A stretch of DNA of 64,000 nt from Bacillota bacterium. Its GTDB lineage: Bacteria; Bacillota; Clostridia; Christensenellales; UBA1242. A program made the position numbers and the translations under genes. The notes under the pieces are model-generated. The model was not told where the DNA came from. It was given only the letters and a program-made list of their open reading frames with translations, and did not search any database. Shown one piece after another: positions 13,801 to 19,508 of the stretch. The first letter of the stretch is position 1, and every line of letters begins with the position of its first letter. The DNA is taken from assembly GCA_009784185.1 (NCBI GenBank), contig WRCD01000001.1, positions 129,698 to 193,697 of the forward strand, written 5' to 3'.

Positions 13801-14486
13801 TAGAAATGACCGAGACATCGGGCCTTGGTTATGATATATTTAAGTACAGCACGCCGAACGGTGCCATAAGCAATGTTTTTAATGGTACTACCGGTGACAG
13901 ACTTGTATTGCAAGAAAGTATAAGGTGTATTTTAGGCTCTGAGGCATTAAGCAAACTGACCAGTTTGGCAAAATACCCCAGCAAAGATAAGGCCGACGGC
14001 AAAGACAGTGACACGGCAAGAGTCAGGATAGAATCGCATATCCGTGCCGGCACCGGCCAGTACTTTATAACCGCTGCGGTCGAAGACATTTGGCTTATCG
14101 GTTATCAGAGGCTGTATTTTACAAGGCTTGATTGGTTTAGCCAGAACGGTAACCTTGTTCCCTTTTTTGGATATGACCCGTTGTTTTGGTGCAACTTTTA
14201 TTGGGACCCTGTAATTGTGGGAAATCCTAACATGTCTGCTTGGGTTAGAATAGAGGCCAACATAACGACCGCTCAAAGTTCTGGAAAACTGTACTCAAGA
14301 GAATACAGAGAAACAAGTTCTTATACTTCTGTAAGCGGACTGAATCGTGGTGGTCTTCGCTTGCAGGAGTCTGCCTGGAGTGCGGGAGCTAACATGAGAA
14401 ACATGAAGCTGATATGGAGCCTTATTGACAACTCCGGCATTTACGGCAGTTATACAGGTGAAGAAAAGAAGACCACACACGGTTAA
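1878..14486 (+). CDS. Giant (4202 aa) N-terminally anchored surface protein built of FN3/Ig-like modules
   Basis: Single 12.6-kb ORF with a GAGGT SD about 6 nt upstream of the ATG. The N-terminus has a basic stretch plus a hydrophobic helix (WIYIVSAVAVVLAAAIVTLVITL). Dozens of ~90-110 aa modules follow, each with a W..V..A..Y.(V/L) signature (LIVSWSPVSGASCYELEL, LIITWDAVPGALSYNLVV, VLTWERVPGTRNGYYVML, EFSWRSIPGAIGYSIEM). No LPXTG-type C-terminal signal was seen. Confidence 0.85.
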   Translation: MSYSYGQKSGKKRTWIYIVSAVAVVLAAAIVTLVITLRPGNVPEPEYKLSAPSNLVVVVENGRHLVKFGAVTNAKSYDLLIDESRVTIYGSDLPLVEFDITNWMTDYKQYAISVKARAANSEFDSDYTTNIPHNNTTRLASPQLEVDLTGSVLMWNSVPRADMYKVTIDTVDFLTSRLVFDIAANLPAIAHLGIGSYDMKVAAHNSNSAFVLDSLPSNILKYVINTELSAPANLRIDDMGGSLIVSWSPVSGASCYELELLHGGTSTELGYTNDLAFDITSLVSNPLEYAVRVRAIGAPFVATSPFTEPVVYQKFVTHAAPAGLAAVKEGNQLIITWDAVPGALSYNLVVGTDLGFPFVSGDSISITATRAVVPLSSSDDGIYNIKVRVNAGPAFYNASEFCEPIRVDVNTQLDTPVGLAVGGAAGAEFLTWQHIPYATNGYLVRAYSGGSVVASATVKDNWAALGSLVSVSGEYRLTVQAIGYKFYAASAESASLLYVIKYVLPAPVLFKVEVKEVEAEEETDTSSEEEVINYREYLVWTKVGQPASQIYYSIWFSGLGVSGWVTDIDGKRVNIRQDSESFMRTDPVLGLVEVFIYDITDFLDAGNLPYVFRVKAFPEPGNNVELESVFSNEQAYGPITPFGTPDNVGVDSAFVLTWERVPGTRNGYYVMLNGKLINSDEGTTTHFVNSFNLINHLRPGENTVSVCAAGYGRFLQSPFSAPITVNYTVIKLAAVTDFNVSARIVGGTIRYQANFNSVRHATHYIIVVEDDEGNSIIVKRPVPLGLSLLISIEIPEDLIEKSGTTMFSIVAAYLHEHALPGSEDYTGWIINSNKFEYYYHDLAVLATPVPVISEDAFGRWWVSWGAIDRATGYAFSVSVQNAVSTPISLTLSGGTTAYELTDYFAANGGAKYQIVVRAIGNNLLIANSAAAMLIYDRKLQLATPDISVEVRNGRHEVVWEVVPYATVYNVRVYKDYAINGTSVTVVNQNTSFLGSPDNKVRLDIEPQLSAAFPGIYTVVVTAIGHKQIPDEAIGEYYYQASLEAELLYTYSPPLSSPNFRTVTSGETITVEIIAVQNAVSYEVYASRTGWNAGQLSLAELVESGTSLSYNISGWFYPSSTAFFGSPGEVYFGVRAIASPTIPSGSTVWYQDSLCPSSQIYVHYGKLDMVSNVEIIQLFNHPQSTDDYGIVFVSWQAPANSLDFEIKVTGSAAIDVPSNMITDLGGGRFGAYLNSGYFSKIPQQNSYTIEIRASDNLAAFYLASNWNRHDFTYCLQFETANVSFVGGSKVLEATQSLLEIVFERPNLAARSFAIHVTDRLNNIVLTPITFTPSAGLNPISYSLTNFSEITTKAGVYEVRVEVLGSGVWANSPLSTPVYCIRHEKLAATQDLFIVKVESAAELRFTPVANSETYTLEFFREDWPLETIVITRGECVPSGSRLVYSIPTNLVDVATSYKYTVKLYSNDVTASVTIPSEFTGILPNGYTYLAYLKSDAAETNYEADGALSPPAYLELVVIEGVRYLTWTQVWTQVTYPSSGLPVDSYRLAYVLRDANGIYFMPDGTVVPWEEDTYFDESVGDWVTRYYQRHNDYLLAELSAVLTSANVIVGQNGVYVDDGRVYYPLTDTLTTANLHLTYYYAIALLAEGNNEHGNSDVVLATLLPAPRDAPEIVLADPALSPDFYINKTGGTITLSFKNELSSQLGLYTEDGKPRWENIYSLSINGKEQWAINDDNASFNAVTSIITIDSVWLAEKLRGEYELVKDHHNFNRYFSIKLYAHAVNGVILTEVKEDPAPNYDIPNGSFEQIIYGNAVMYEERIIELNWLAPYLYDEPIIITSVEDDASNNYVINFSGDLRHATGFVIEVCDINGDPNSPATVLTIKIGTPGQSSYSLDFTSVLAGLSPMEYTVRLYVYSDTCKRVYGQRSSSDQPYYKSFRRYALENTVDVFSISGGLSNILSFDAPAGYTINNSFELEIGRNVGGQIKFGEEGRTFTLGGPGGIALSTSGGALTADLTGHLIELEGDYLYARIRMLSRGTYYKDSLWSAYAGFSHQIKLVISGLKVSITPDLPADLTSQEFNVKRLELTGFVRGADMFTIDIKPSSGTEWQSFTYFMYAGAIDVSGVILQPGEYDVRFTALNNGEYYLGGNTETVKIEVWFMHAEPTNVTHTVKYAMGATQAEDEYNPTSVIVNFGNAIINKTYNIRLLDPLSLTELHISGIIYGVGGFEIIDILNQLPPRSYIISVSAPASGYFLESKQVFSSSGSGVYKHQYRMPQAEEAALTHIMEYDAPEPYTGFVRAHGYIYFTHSSQLPGHGLPFDAFNGESYVPVYAGYNVWVRDNKGNSANYNCFVGKNESGFFIKSGADGFTINPLTGEIRFDISVFAYSTGRINNPYISGYYYYTITTLVPGEFTSNMDVRASPPLYQDYSMGGRMFNFLIKYPYRPEELTLMNGETIGKNTWLYWTLAGPEAAAGNVRFVVSINGKEHLINLIGAPTSAPGIYSYSLFSIDGLIMDYLRGGDNRIRVAVEAMPDKHFSRGDWSDEIPVNGYQVVLPAPNVNWGSNNVVSWNNQLNSNWDNIDTVWYEVIVAYDTDSTAEKNGSGYEDIHTWTMPRSPNPEMSFNLYDMLWGTDYLNGLSLKNGAYRLTIKIISSNSAYTPSEAAVWRQFKDPFAMPADVAVVVTVNGSTLLADDKEAYTSNETETKINVSWLRVEMEMSDSTKVYPKKYMIQVFLSVGTNSEIIKGEYEICLDTNDERLTYDSVTNKYTYDIWADFKNQRGGGDYVVYVIAIGESSDLFSSSPRSNKTPAAQFKHYVKLPVPQLPATLSLDFTGEGWSISWNAYEADGVLGYELSVVEINGFALEEHKIRITTTSNRHFASSNNTSGGNFYLDQGAWNTVRLRAIGNPDFYVNSDYSQVVYYNLPKAFPPRDFAVLTNQPGRVEVNETTVRAQTAEVTLTWSFLNQNDAEHYMLLVMDESGISHCNTLYFCVDRESLRRNIYLCNSEGKRIDFAGTLGGNALLGSLDGDLTGSFVINIPAWVLFGDYEQSTGPGRYKILLSGYNPNLQELGVYGPSPFQFIYRIRLDSPVVEIVTNLGPGLDYITAQQVHERSFEFTVNVSNMSHNAKSFTLTLEVYNNNNGWVPLPNGATTIVEIKRGEEDGKCSVVISKESYSGLFDQLMLYAPATFRVVVQAKAEDTLYTDSYQRTESQQINRQMVAPTFELLIDDIFERSNLKSGEIDDKNRLTNLNTNGTACDLYVKDDNEGRQGSEYDAIGQYQLVGRLNGVGSWSDIGDPILGGNFKNPAANEGTYTIAGLGSIYQMLRTWLWEKHSQTGGGIVELALIAVPDALSGWKNSPMPEGDLNAKTQTIAFYVRSGVVDTVSVDDLRADIDYSNTGPNMKHTTYDAYIPTTIRLNWNVHESNSTNYRVTVAPFNRKDKTPNMPWGESGFSMPQAGVKTIGGLGGTGLQSNQNIASGFNNNFNYSNFDVYHGGVGYNASKEAGGVGWWEVYVEAIKPNDGGEFMGAGYPSEAYQFRIMLKLRSTQIDDPNKQGLSISAGAVNGVVPGQNYIFDETKRVNINSLTSPSVYYLVKAHDLQTINPDTAKRMGPLLKVDRFRVETNVGTNGSIGVSSLFADDVEGGSYGYSVTALDPSGGIVFFDSNPVAVAAGHEYAYNHVARINYTNRTTGGVIYNYNTGEQAYGNNNGIYNSVIAEVKTVLTTTPPNNRLDITYNNHPFATHYATYYVQAIGETSSAWVRATQLEGSSAAPGQSTAIPTDRPANFTRNFNFAPAFFGVNVDKNINDTSANIANYLAGWVSSNTFGGYLQPGEGMFVVVAWNALKSNEVFIDKRHANFITYNYNFEDKQNTSTGQNTSFTVGHNAYSSSSSHCEYMSMSPKNYWVTPANLSFAPSNALPQLEPKLYIEAVKFNVRNFTQADLNAPNLQTKRGNGQAGGNAGKITEFSWRSIPGAIGYSIEMTETSGLGYDIFKYSTPNGAISNVFNGTTGDRLVLQESIRCILGSEALSKLTSLAKYPSKDKADGKDSDTARVRIESHIRAGTGQYFITAAVEDIWLIGYQRLYFTRLDWFSQNGNLVPFFGYDPLFWCNFYWDPVIVGNPNMSAWVRIEANITTAQSSGKLYSREYRETSSYTSVSGLNRGGLRLQESAWSAGANMRNMKLIWSLIDNSGIYGSYTGEEKKTTHG

Positions 14487-14511
14487 AAAACAGGCATGGG
14501 CCTGTTTTTTA
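14485..14511 (+). terminator. Rho-independent terminator after the giant gene
   Basis: AAAAAACAGGC-ATGG-GCCTGTTTTTT hairpin plus T-run directly after the TAA at 14484-14486. Confidence 0.8.
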
Positions 14512-14561
14512 ATTGAAGCAGGAGAATTGACTTTTATGTTAAGTTTATGTAAACTGAATGT

Positions 14562-15654
14562 ATGGATATAAATGAAGCAAGGCAGCGGCTTGCGGCTATA
14601 GAAGAGCTGATGGAAACTATACGAGGTCATCTTTGACCAGGGAGAGCTTAAGTCCAGGCGTGACAGCCTGGAAGCTGCTCAAATGCAGCCCGATTTTTTT
14701 GCCGATTCCGAAAACGCCAAAAAGGTGCTGAAAGGCCTTAAGGCTGTTAACAACAGGATAGAAGAACTGTTTTTGCTTGAATCCGGTTTAGAGAACCTTA
14801 AGTTTTTAATTGAACTGGCCGAGCATGACGAAACCGAGCTTATAGACGGTTCTGCGGAAAGCTTTAAAGAAATTGAAAACAGGGCCGAGGCCTCTTATTT
14901 AAAAGCGCTTTTGCGCGGTAAGTATGATAAAAACGATGCTGTGCTTAACATTCAGGCAGGCGCCGGCGGAACCGAGGCTCAGGATTGGGCCGAAATGCTC
15001 AGCCGCATGTATATGCGGTATGCGGACAGCGCCGAAATGGACGTTTCTGTTTTGGATTCCAGCCCCGGTGACGGTGCAGGCATTAAAAGCATAAGCATAT
15101 CTGTTTCGGGCGAAAACGCTTATGGCTTTTTGCGTGCCGAGGCCGGAGTGCACAGGCTGGTGCGCATATCTCCGTTTGACAGCAACGCACGCAGGCACAC
15201 AAGCTTTGCGGCGGTTGAGGTTGTTCCTGTAATTGAAGCCGAGGCCAATGTGGAAATAAGGCCGGATGATTTAAAAATTGATACGTATAAAAGCGGCGGT
15301 GCCGGCGGCCAGCATGTAAACACATCTGACTCTGCGGTGCGTATTAAACATATACCCACAGGAATTGTGGTCAGCTGTCAAAATGAGCGCAGCCAGCTGC
15401 AGAATAAAGAAACGGCTATGCGCGTATTAAAAAGTAAGCTGCTGGAGCTTGCAGAGCAGCAGAACGCAGACAGCATTAACGCTGTTAAAGGCGTTCAGAA
15501 AAAAATAGAATGGGGCAGTCAGATAAGGAGTTATGTGTTTTGCCCGTATACAATGGTAAAAGACCACCGTACGGAGTTTGAAACAGCAAATGTTGCCGCG
15601 GTTATGGACGGCGACATTCAGGGCTTTATAAATGAGTTTTTAAGGAAAGGGTAA
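14562..15654 (+). CDS. prfB: Peptide chain release factor 2, with programmed +1 frameshift at 14631-14637
   Basis: Frame-0 ORF MDINEARQRLAAIEELMETIRGHL ends at CTT TGA C (14631-14637), the canonical RF2 shift site. A GAGGT SD-like element lies 3 nt upstream. The +1 frame is continuous with ORF 14683..15654, which carries SPF (ISPFDS) and GGQ (GGAGGQH) motifs. Confidence 0.95.
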
Positions 15655-15657
15655 ACA

Positions 15658-16716
15658 ATGTATTACAAAAAGGCTTCAGCGCAAGCCGGAAAACTAAAAA
15701 GCAAAGAGAAAGTAACGATTCTTGCTGTTGAAACCAGCTGCGACGAAACATCTGCCGCGGTTGTTGTTAACGGACGCACAGTGCTTAGCAATGTGGTTGC
15801 AAGCCAGATTGAGGTGCACAAGCGTTTTGGCGGAGTGGTGCCGGAGGTGGCAAGCCGCAACCATATTATGTGTATAAATAATGTGGTTGATGAGGCTATA
15901 GTAAAAGCGGGCATTAAGTTAAACGATATAGACGCAATTGCCGTTACATATGGTGCCGGTCTGGTTGGTGCGCTGCTGGTTGGGGTTAGTACGGCTAAAG
16001 CCTTTGCGTATGCGCTGGGCGTTCCGCTTATTGCCGTAAATCACATAAAAGCGCACATAGCGGCTAATTATGTAGAGCATAGCGGGCTTAAACCGCCGTT
16101 TATCTGTCTTGTTGTAAGCGGAGGGCATACAGCAATTGTTAAGGTAACCAGCCCCACCCACTTTGAGTTGTTAGGCCAGACACAGGACGATGCTATTGGC
16201 GAATGCTACGACAAGGTGGCGCGCGTATTGGGTTTAGGGTATCCCGGAGGACCGATTATTGAACGGACTGCCGCAGGCGGTGCGGGGGACATTGTGTTTG
16301 TAAGGCAGGACAGCTTCGGCAAAAGCTGCGACACAAGTTTCAGCGGACTTAAAACAGCTGTAATAAATTATATAAACTCTAAGCGGCAGGCGGGCGCTGA
16401 GCTGGATATGGCTAACATCTGTGCCAGTTTTCAGGCGGCAGCCTGCAACGGCCTGATAGAAAAAACCGTAAAGGCTGCCAAAGATTACGGGTTAAAAACC
16501 ATCTGCCTTGCCGGCGGTGTTGCGGCAAACAAGTATTTACGAAACGGCTTGGCCGAACGTGCGGCAAAAGAAGGGATAGAAGTGCTTGCTCCTACTATGG
16601 CAATGTGTACCGACAATGCTGCAATGATAGGTGCGCTGGGGTACTTTAACTTACTGGCAGGCGTGGGCATAAGCGAGTTAAGCCTAAAAGCCGAGCCTAA
16701 TATAGAATTAAAATAA
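15658..16716 (+). CDS. tsaD: tRNA N6-adenosine threonylcarbamoyltransferase TsaD (Kae1/Gcp family)
   Basis: ILAVETSCDETSAAVV N-terminus, HIKAHIAAN and SGGHT motifs. Length is 352 aa. Confidence 0.9.
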   Translation: MYYKKASAQAGKLKSKEKVTILAVETSCDETSAAVVVNGRTVLSNVVASQIEVHKRFGGVVPEVASRNHIMCINNVVDEAIVKAGIKLNDIDAIAVTYGAGLVGALLVGVSTAKAFAYALGVPLIAVNHIKAHIAANYVEHSGLKPPFICLVVSGGHTAIVKVTSPTHFELLGQTQDDAIGECYDKVARVLGLGYPGGPIIERTAAGGAGDIVFVRQDSFGKSCDTSFSGLKTAVINYINSKRQAGAELDMANICASFQAAACNGLIEKTVKAAKDYGLKTICLAGGVAANKYLRNGLAERAAKEGIEVLAPTMAMCTDNAAMIGALGYFNLLAGVGISELSLKAEPNIELK

Positions 16717-16795
16717 AGGGCGACACTTTGCAACGTGGTCTGTTACGTGCCTTAGCAAAACACATCCCCCGTTCAAAGTGTCACCCTTGTTGTTT

Positions 16796-17503
16796 TTACA
16801 GTTCTTCTGTCGTTAAATTAAAGAAATGCATAATGCCCAGAAACATTTGATAGGCAAGTTTGTTTTGATAGTCTGCGGTTTGCAACAGCCGCTCTTCTTC
16901 CGGGTTAGATAAAAAACCGCACTCAATTAAAACAGTTGGAATATTGCTGCAGTCTAATATATAAAAATTGCGCGGTTTTGGAATCGGCCTTGTGTGTGGC
17001 AGATTTTTAATAAACAGCTGTTGTATGTCGGCTGCTAATGCCCTGCTTGTTTCACTGTCCGGACTGTAAAACACCTGTGCACCCTGTACGTTTGGGTTGT
17101 GAAGTATGTTCATATGGATTGAAACAACCAGGTCTGCGCCGGAGTTTTGTATAATTCTTTTCCGTTCGCTCATGTCTTTCCGTTTAAAGCCGGCGGCAAA
17201 CGTGCCGTATAGGCCATCTTCGGTTTTTCTGGTCTGGATTACGCCAACGCCCATACTTTTAAGGTGTGTTTCCAGCTTCCGGCTTATGCTTAGGTTTAGG
17301 TCGGACTCCTTAACGCCTGTGGTTCTGCCGACACTGCCGCCGTCAATCCCGCCATGCCCGGCATCAATCACCACCGTGTACTGCGGCACCGGCCTGCCTA
17401 TGGCAATTGTTTCTGTAATAAACAAATGAGACAAAATTAAAACGGCAATTCCAACCAGCACCAAACCAGATTTCATCCACTTTTTAGAAACTAATAAAAG
17501 CAA
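16796..17503 (-). CDS. N-acetylmuramoyl-L-alanine amidase (Amidase_3), CwlD-like
   Basis: N-terminal TM helix, then VVIDAGHGGIDGGSVG ... ADLVVSIHMN ... GAQVFY, the Amidase_3 zinc-site pattern. Size and architecture resemble CwlD. The start is uncertain: TTG at 17503 or ATG at 17476. Confidence 0.8.
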   Translation of the reverse strand: MLLLVSKKWMKSGLVLVGIAVLILSHLFITETIAIGRPVPQYTVVIDAGHGGIDGGSVGRTTGVKESDLNLSISRKLETHLKSMGVGVIQTRKTEDGLYGTFAAGFKRKDMSERKRIIQNSGADLVVSIHMNILHNPNVQGAQVFYSPDSETSRALAADIQQLFIKNLPHTRPIPKPRNFYILDCSNIPTVLIECGFLSNPEEERLLQTADYQNKLAYQMFLGIMHFFNLTTEEL

Positions 17504-17510
17504 ACTAAAA

Positions 17511-17554
17511 CCACCCCGCCACTATGTGGCACCCCTCCAGGGAGGGGAATTTTT
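17511..17554. repeat. GGGGAATT-family nested-hairpin repeat, single unit
   Basis: CCACCCCGCC-[GCCAC-tat-GTGGC]-A-[CCCCTCC-ag-GGAGGGG]-AATTTTT. Confidence 0.85.
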
Positions 17555-17604
17555 ACCTTATTATTCTATTGTTATTTACTCTGCAAATATGCTATACTTA
17601 ACAT

Positions 17605-17994
17605 ATGATATCGGAATCCGAACTAAAGAAGTATTCATCAACCGCACTTGCTTTTGTAGGCGATGCTGTTTTTACATTGGCCGTAAGGGCGCGTCTTACA
17701 AGCTGCAGTTTGGCCAAAAGCGGAAAGCTGCACGAGGAAAGCAATAAGTATATTAATGCTGTAAACCAAAGCCGGCTGCTGACGGAGCTTGAAGAAATGC
17801 TTACAACGGCGGAGCAGGAGGTAGTAAGAAGGGGCAGAAATGCTTATACAAACAACAAAGCAAAGGCGGCCGGTCTTGGTGAGTATGCGGATTCAACCGC
17901 ATATGAGGCATTGCTTGGATATTTGTATTTATCGGGAAACGAAAACAGGCTGAACGAGCTTCTTGGGCTTGCCTTAAAGGGGGCAAGAGTATGA
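17605..17994 (+). CDS. mrnC: Mini-ribonuclease III
   Basis: ALAFVGDAVFTLAVR motif, 129 aa. It lies immediately upstream of rlmB-sigH, as in Bacillus (yazC-yacO-sigH synteny). Confidence 0.85.
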   Translation: MISESELKKYSSTALAFVGDAVFTLAVRARLTSCSLAKSGKLHEESNKYINAVNQSRLLTELEEMLTTAEQEVVRRGRNAYTNNKAKAAGLGEYADSTAYEALLGYLYLSGNENRLNELLGLALKGARV

Positions 17995-18719
17995 AAATAG
18001 AAGGCAAAAACGCTGTGTACGAAAATCTGGCTGCCGGCAAGGCCGTTTATAAGATTTATTTAAGCAAAGCCGCCAACCAGGCGCAGTACAAAGACATTTT
18101 AGACCTGGCCAGAAAGGCAAACGTAAAGGTAGAACTGCTGGAGCGGCAGGAATTGGATAAAATAAGCCTGACCAAAAACAACCAGGGCGTGCTAGCCGAA
18201 ATGCAGGATTTTGTTTATAGCAGTGTAGAAGATATTTTGGCGGTTGCAGGTGTAAGGAACGAACCGGCGTTTGTTGTTGCGCTTGACGGCGTTGAGGACC
18301 CGCATAATTTAGGAAGCATAATAAGGGTTTGCGATTGCTCGGGTGTGCACGGCATAATTATTCCTAAGCACAATGCCTGCCCGGTAAACGAGACTGTGGC
18401 AAAAGTAAGCGCGGGGGCAATTTCTCATGTAAAAATTGCAAAAGTAACTAATTTAAACCAGGCTTTAGAAGAGCTGAAACAAAAAGGTGTTTGGGTTTAT
18501 GCGGCAGAACTTGGCGGTGCCAGTATTTATGAGCAGAACCTGACCGGCGCAATATGCCTGGTTGTTGGCGGAGAAGGCAAGGGTGTAAGTCAGCTTACTA
18601 AAAAGGTTTGTGACGGGGTTGTAACTTTGCCGATGCGCGGAGGTGTAAATTCGTTAAACGCCAGTGTTGCGTGCGGAATTACGGTATATGAGGCTTTAAG
18701 GCAGCGAGGTGCAAAATGA
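17991..18719 (+). CDS. rlmB: 23S rRNA (guanosine-2'-O)-methyltransferase, SpoU/TrmH family (RlmB/YacO-like)
   Basis: SpoU-type motifs (LDGVEDPHNLGSIIR, LVVGGEGKGV, LNASVA). Its start overlaps the mrnC stop by 4 nt. Confidence 0.85.
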   Translation: MKIEGKNAVYENLAAGKAVYKIYLSKAANQAQYKDILDLARKANVKVELLERQELDKISLTKNNQGVLAEMQDFVYSSVEDILAVAGVRNEPAFVVALDGVEDPHNLGSIIRVCDCSGVHGIIIPKHNACPVNETVAKVSAGAISHVKIAKVTNLNQALEELKQKGVWVYAAELGGASIYEQNLTGAICLVVGGEGKGVSQLTKKVCDGVVTLPMRGGVNSLNASVACGITVYEALRQRGAK

Positions 18720-19327
18720 TTTTGGACAGCGAGCTTTTAAAGCGGGCCGCAAGCGGTGAAACCGATTGTTTGGAGCAGCTTTTGGAGCGCTACAAAGCGC
18801 TTACGTCTGGAATAGCGCGAGGGTACTTCTTAATAGGCGGAGACACAGACGACCTGATTCAGGAAGGCATGATTGGGCTGTACAAGGCTATACTTGGTTA
18901 CAAAGAAGGAAACGACACAACCTTTAAAACGTTTGCAGCGCTTTGTGTGCGCAGGCAGATACAAACTGCTATTAAGCAGGATGGGCGGCTTAAAAACCGG
19001 CCGCTTAACAACAGTGTTGGGCTTAACGGTCAGGGCATGCTTATTGTTCCTAACCCGGAGTCTGAATCGGATGAAGACGAAGATGTTGGTGTATATGTTG
19101 TAAGCAGTGAGCTTACGCCTGAGCAGCTGCTGCTTAACAGGGAACAGTTAAAAGATGTTACGTGCCAGATACATAAATCTTTAAGCGATTATGAATACAG
19201 GGTGCTGGCATTATATGTAAAGGGATTAAACTACACCCAGATTGCGGAAAAAACCAACAGCAATATTAAAGCTATAGATAACGCACTAAGCAGGATAAAA
19301 ACCAAACTCAGCTATTTAGCGGTTTAG
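18716..19327 (+). CDS. sigH: RNA polymerase sigma factor, SigH-like
   Basis: Region 2 DLIQEGMIGLYKAILGY...FKTFAALCVRRQIQTAIK closely matches the SigH pattern. There is a C-terminal HTH (YTQIAEKTNSNIKAIDNALSRIK). Synteny with mrnC-rlmB supports the call. Confidence 0.8.
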   Translation: MILDSELLKRAASGETDCLEQLLERYKALTSGIARGYFLIGGDTDDLIQEGMIGLYKAILGYKEGNDTTFKTFAALCVRRQIQTAIKQDGRLKNRPLNNSVGLNGQGMLIVPNPESESDEDEDVGVYVVSSELTPEQLLLNREQLKDVTCQIHKSLSDYEYRVLALYVKGLNYTQIAEKTNSNIKAIDNALSRIKTKLSYLAV

Positions 19328-19481
19328 TAATTTGTGATGCTACGGCGCTGGCTTCGCTGCTCTGCAGCTGCAGAGGCGCTCTCCGCAATCACAAATTACT
19401 AAACTTGGCGGATTGTAAAGCTACGGCGCTGGCTTCGCCACTAAAGTGGCTGCAGAGGCGCTCTTAGCACTTACAATCCGC
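19326..19481. repeat. Two tandem ~75-nt long hairpins with conserved cores and covarying outer stems
   Basis: Unit 1 (19326-19400) has the stem AGTAATTTGTGAT/ATCACAAATTACT. Unit 2 (19408-19481) has the stem GGCGGATTGTAAA/CTTACAATCCGCC. Both enclose the identical core flanks GCTACGGCGCTGGCTTCGC and CTGCAGAGGCGCTCT. Confidence 0.8.
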
Positions 19482-19508
19482 CATAAATCAATCGTTAAGG
19501 AGGATGCA

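Noticed and set aside
193-14630. Dozens of 60-150 aa ORFs antisense to, or out of frame with, the GLUG and giant genes (for example 193..633-, 398..853-, 5894..6208-, 13947..14276-, 14295..14630-).
   Set aside because: They lie entirely inside long, well-supported coding frames. They lack SD sequences and have skewed composition (rich in Cys, Arg and Leu). They are shadow ORFs.
19328-19508. A possible SRP RNA (scRNA/ffs) upstream of dnaX, as found in Bacillus subtilis.
   Set aside because: I could not find the conserved domain IV motifs (a GGAA-type tetraloop with flanking AGCA/GNAR symmetric loop) in the 180-nt spacer. The sequence is instead two copies of a repeat hairpin. A covariance-model scan (Rfam Bacteria_small_SRP) would settle this.
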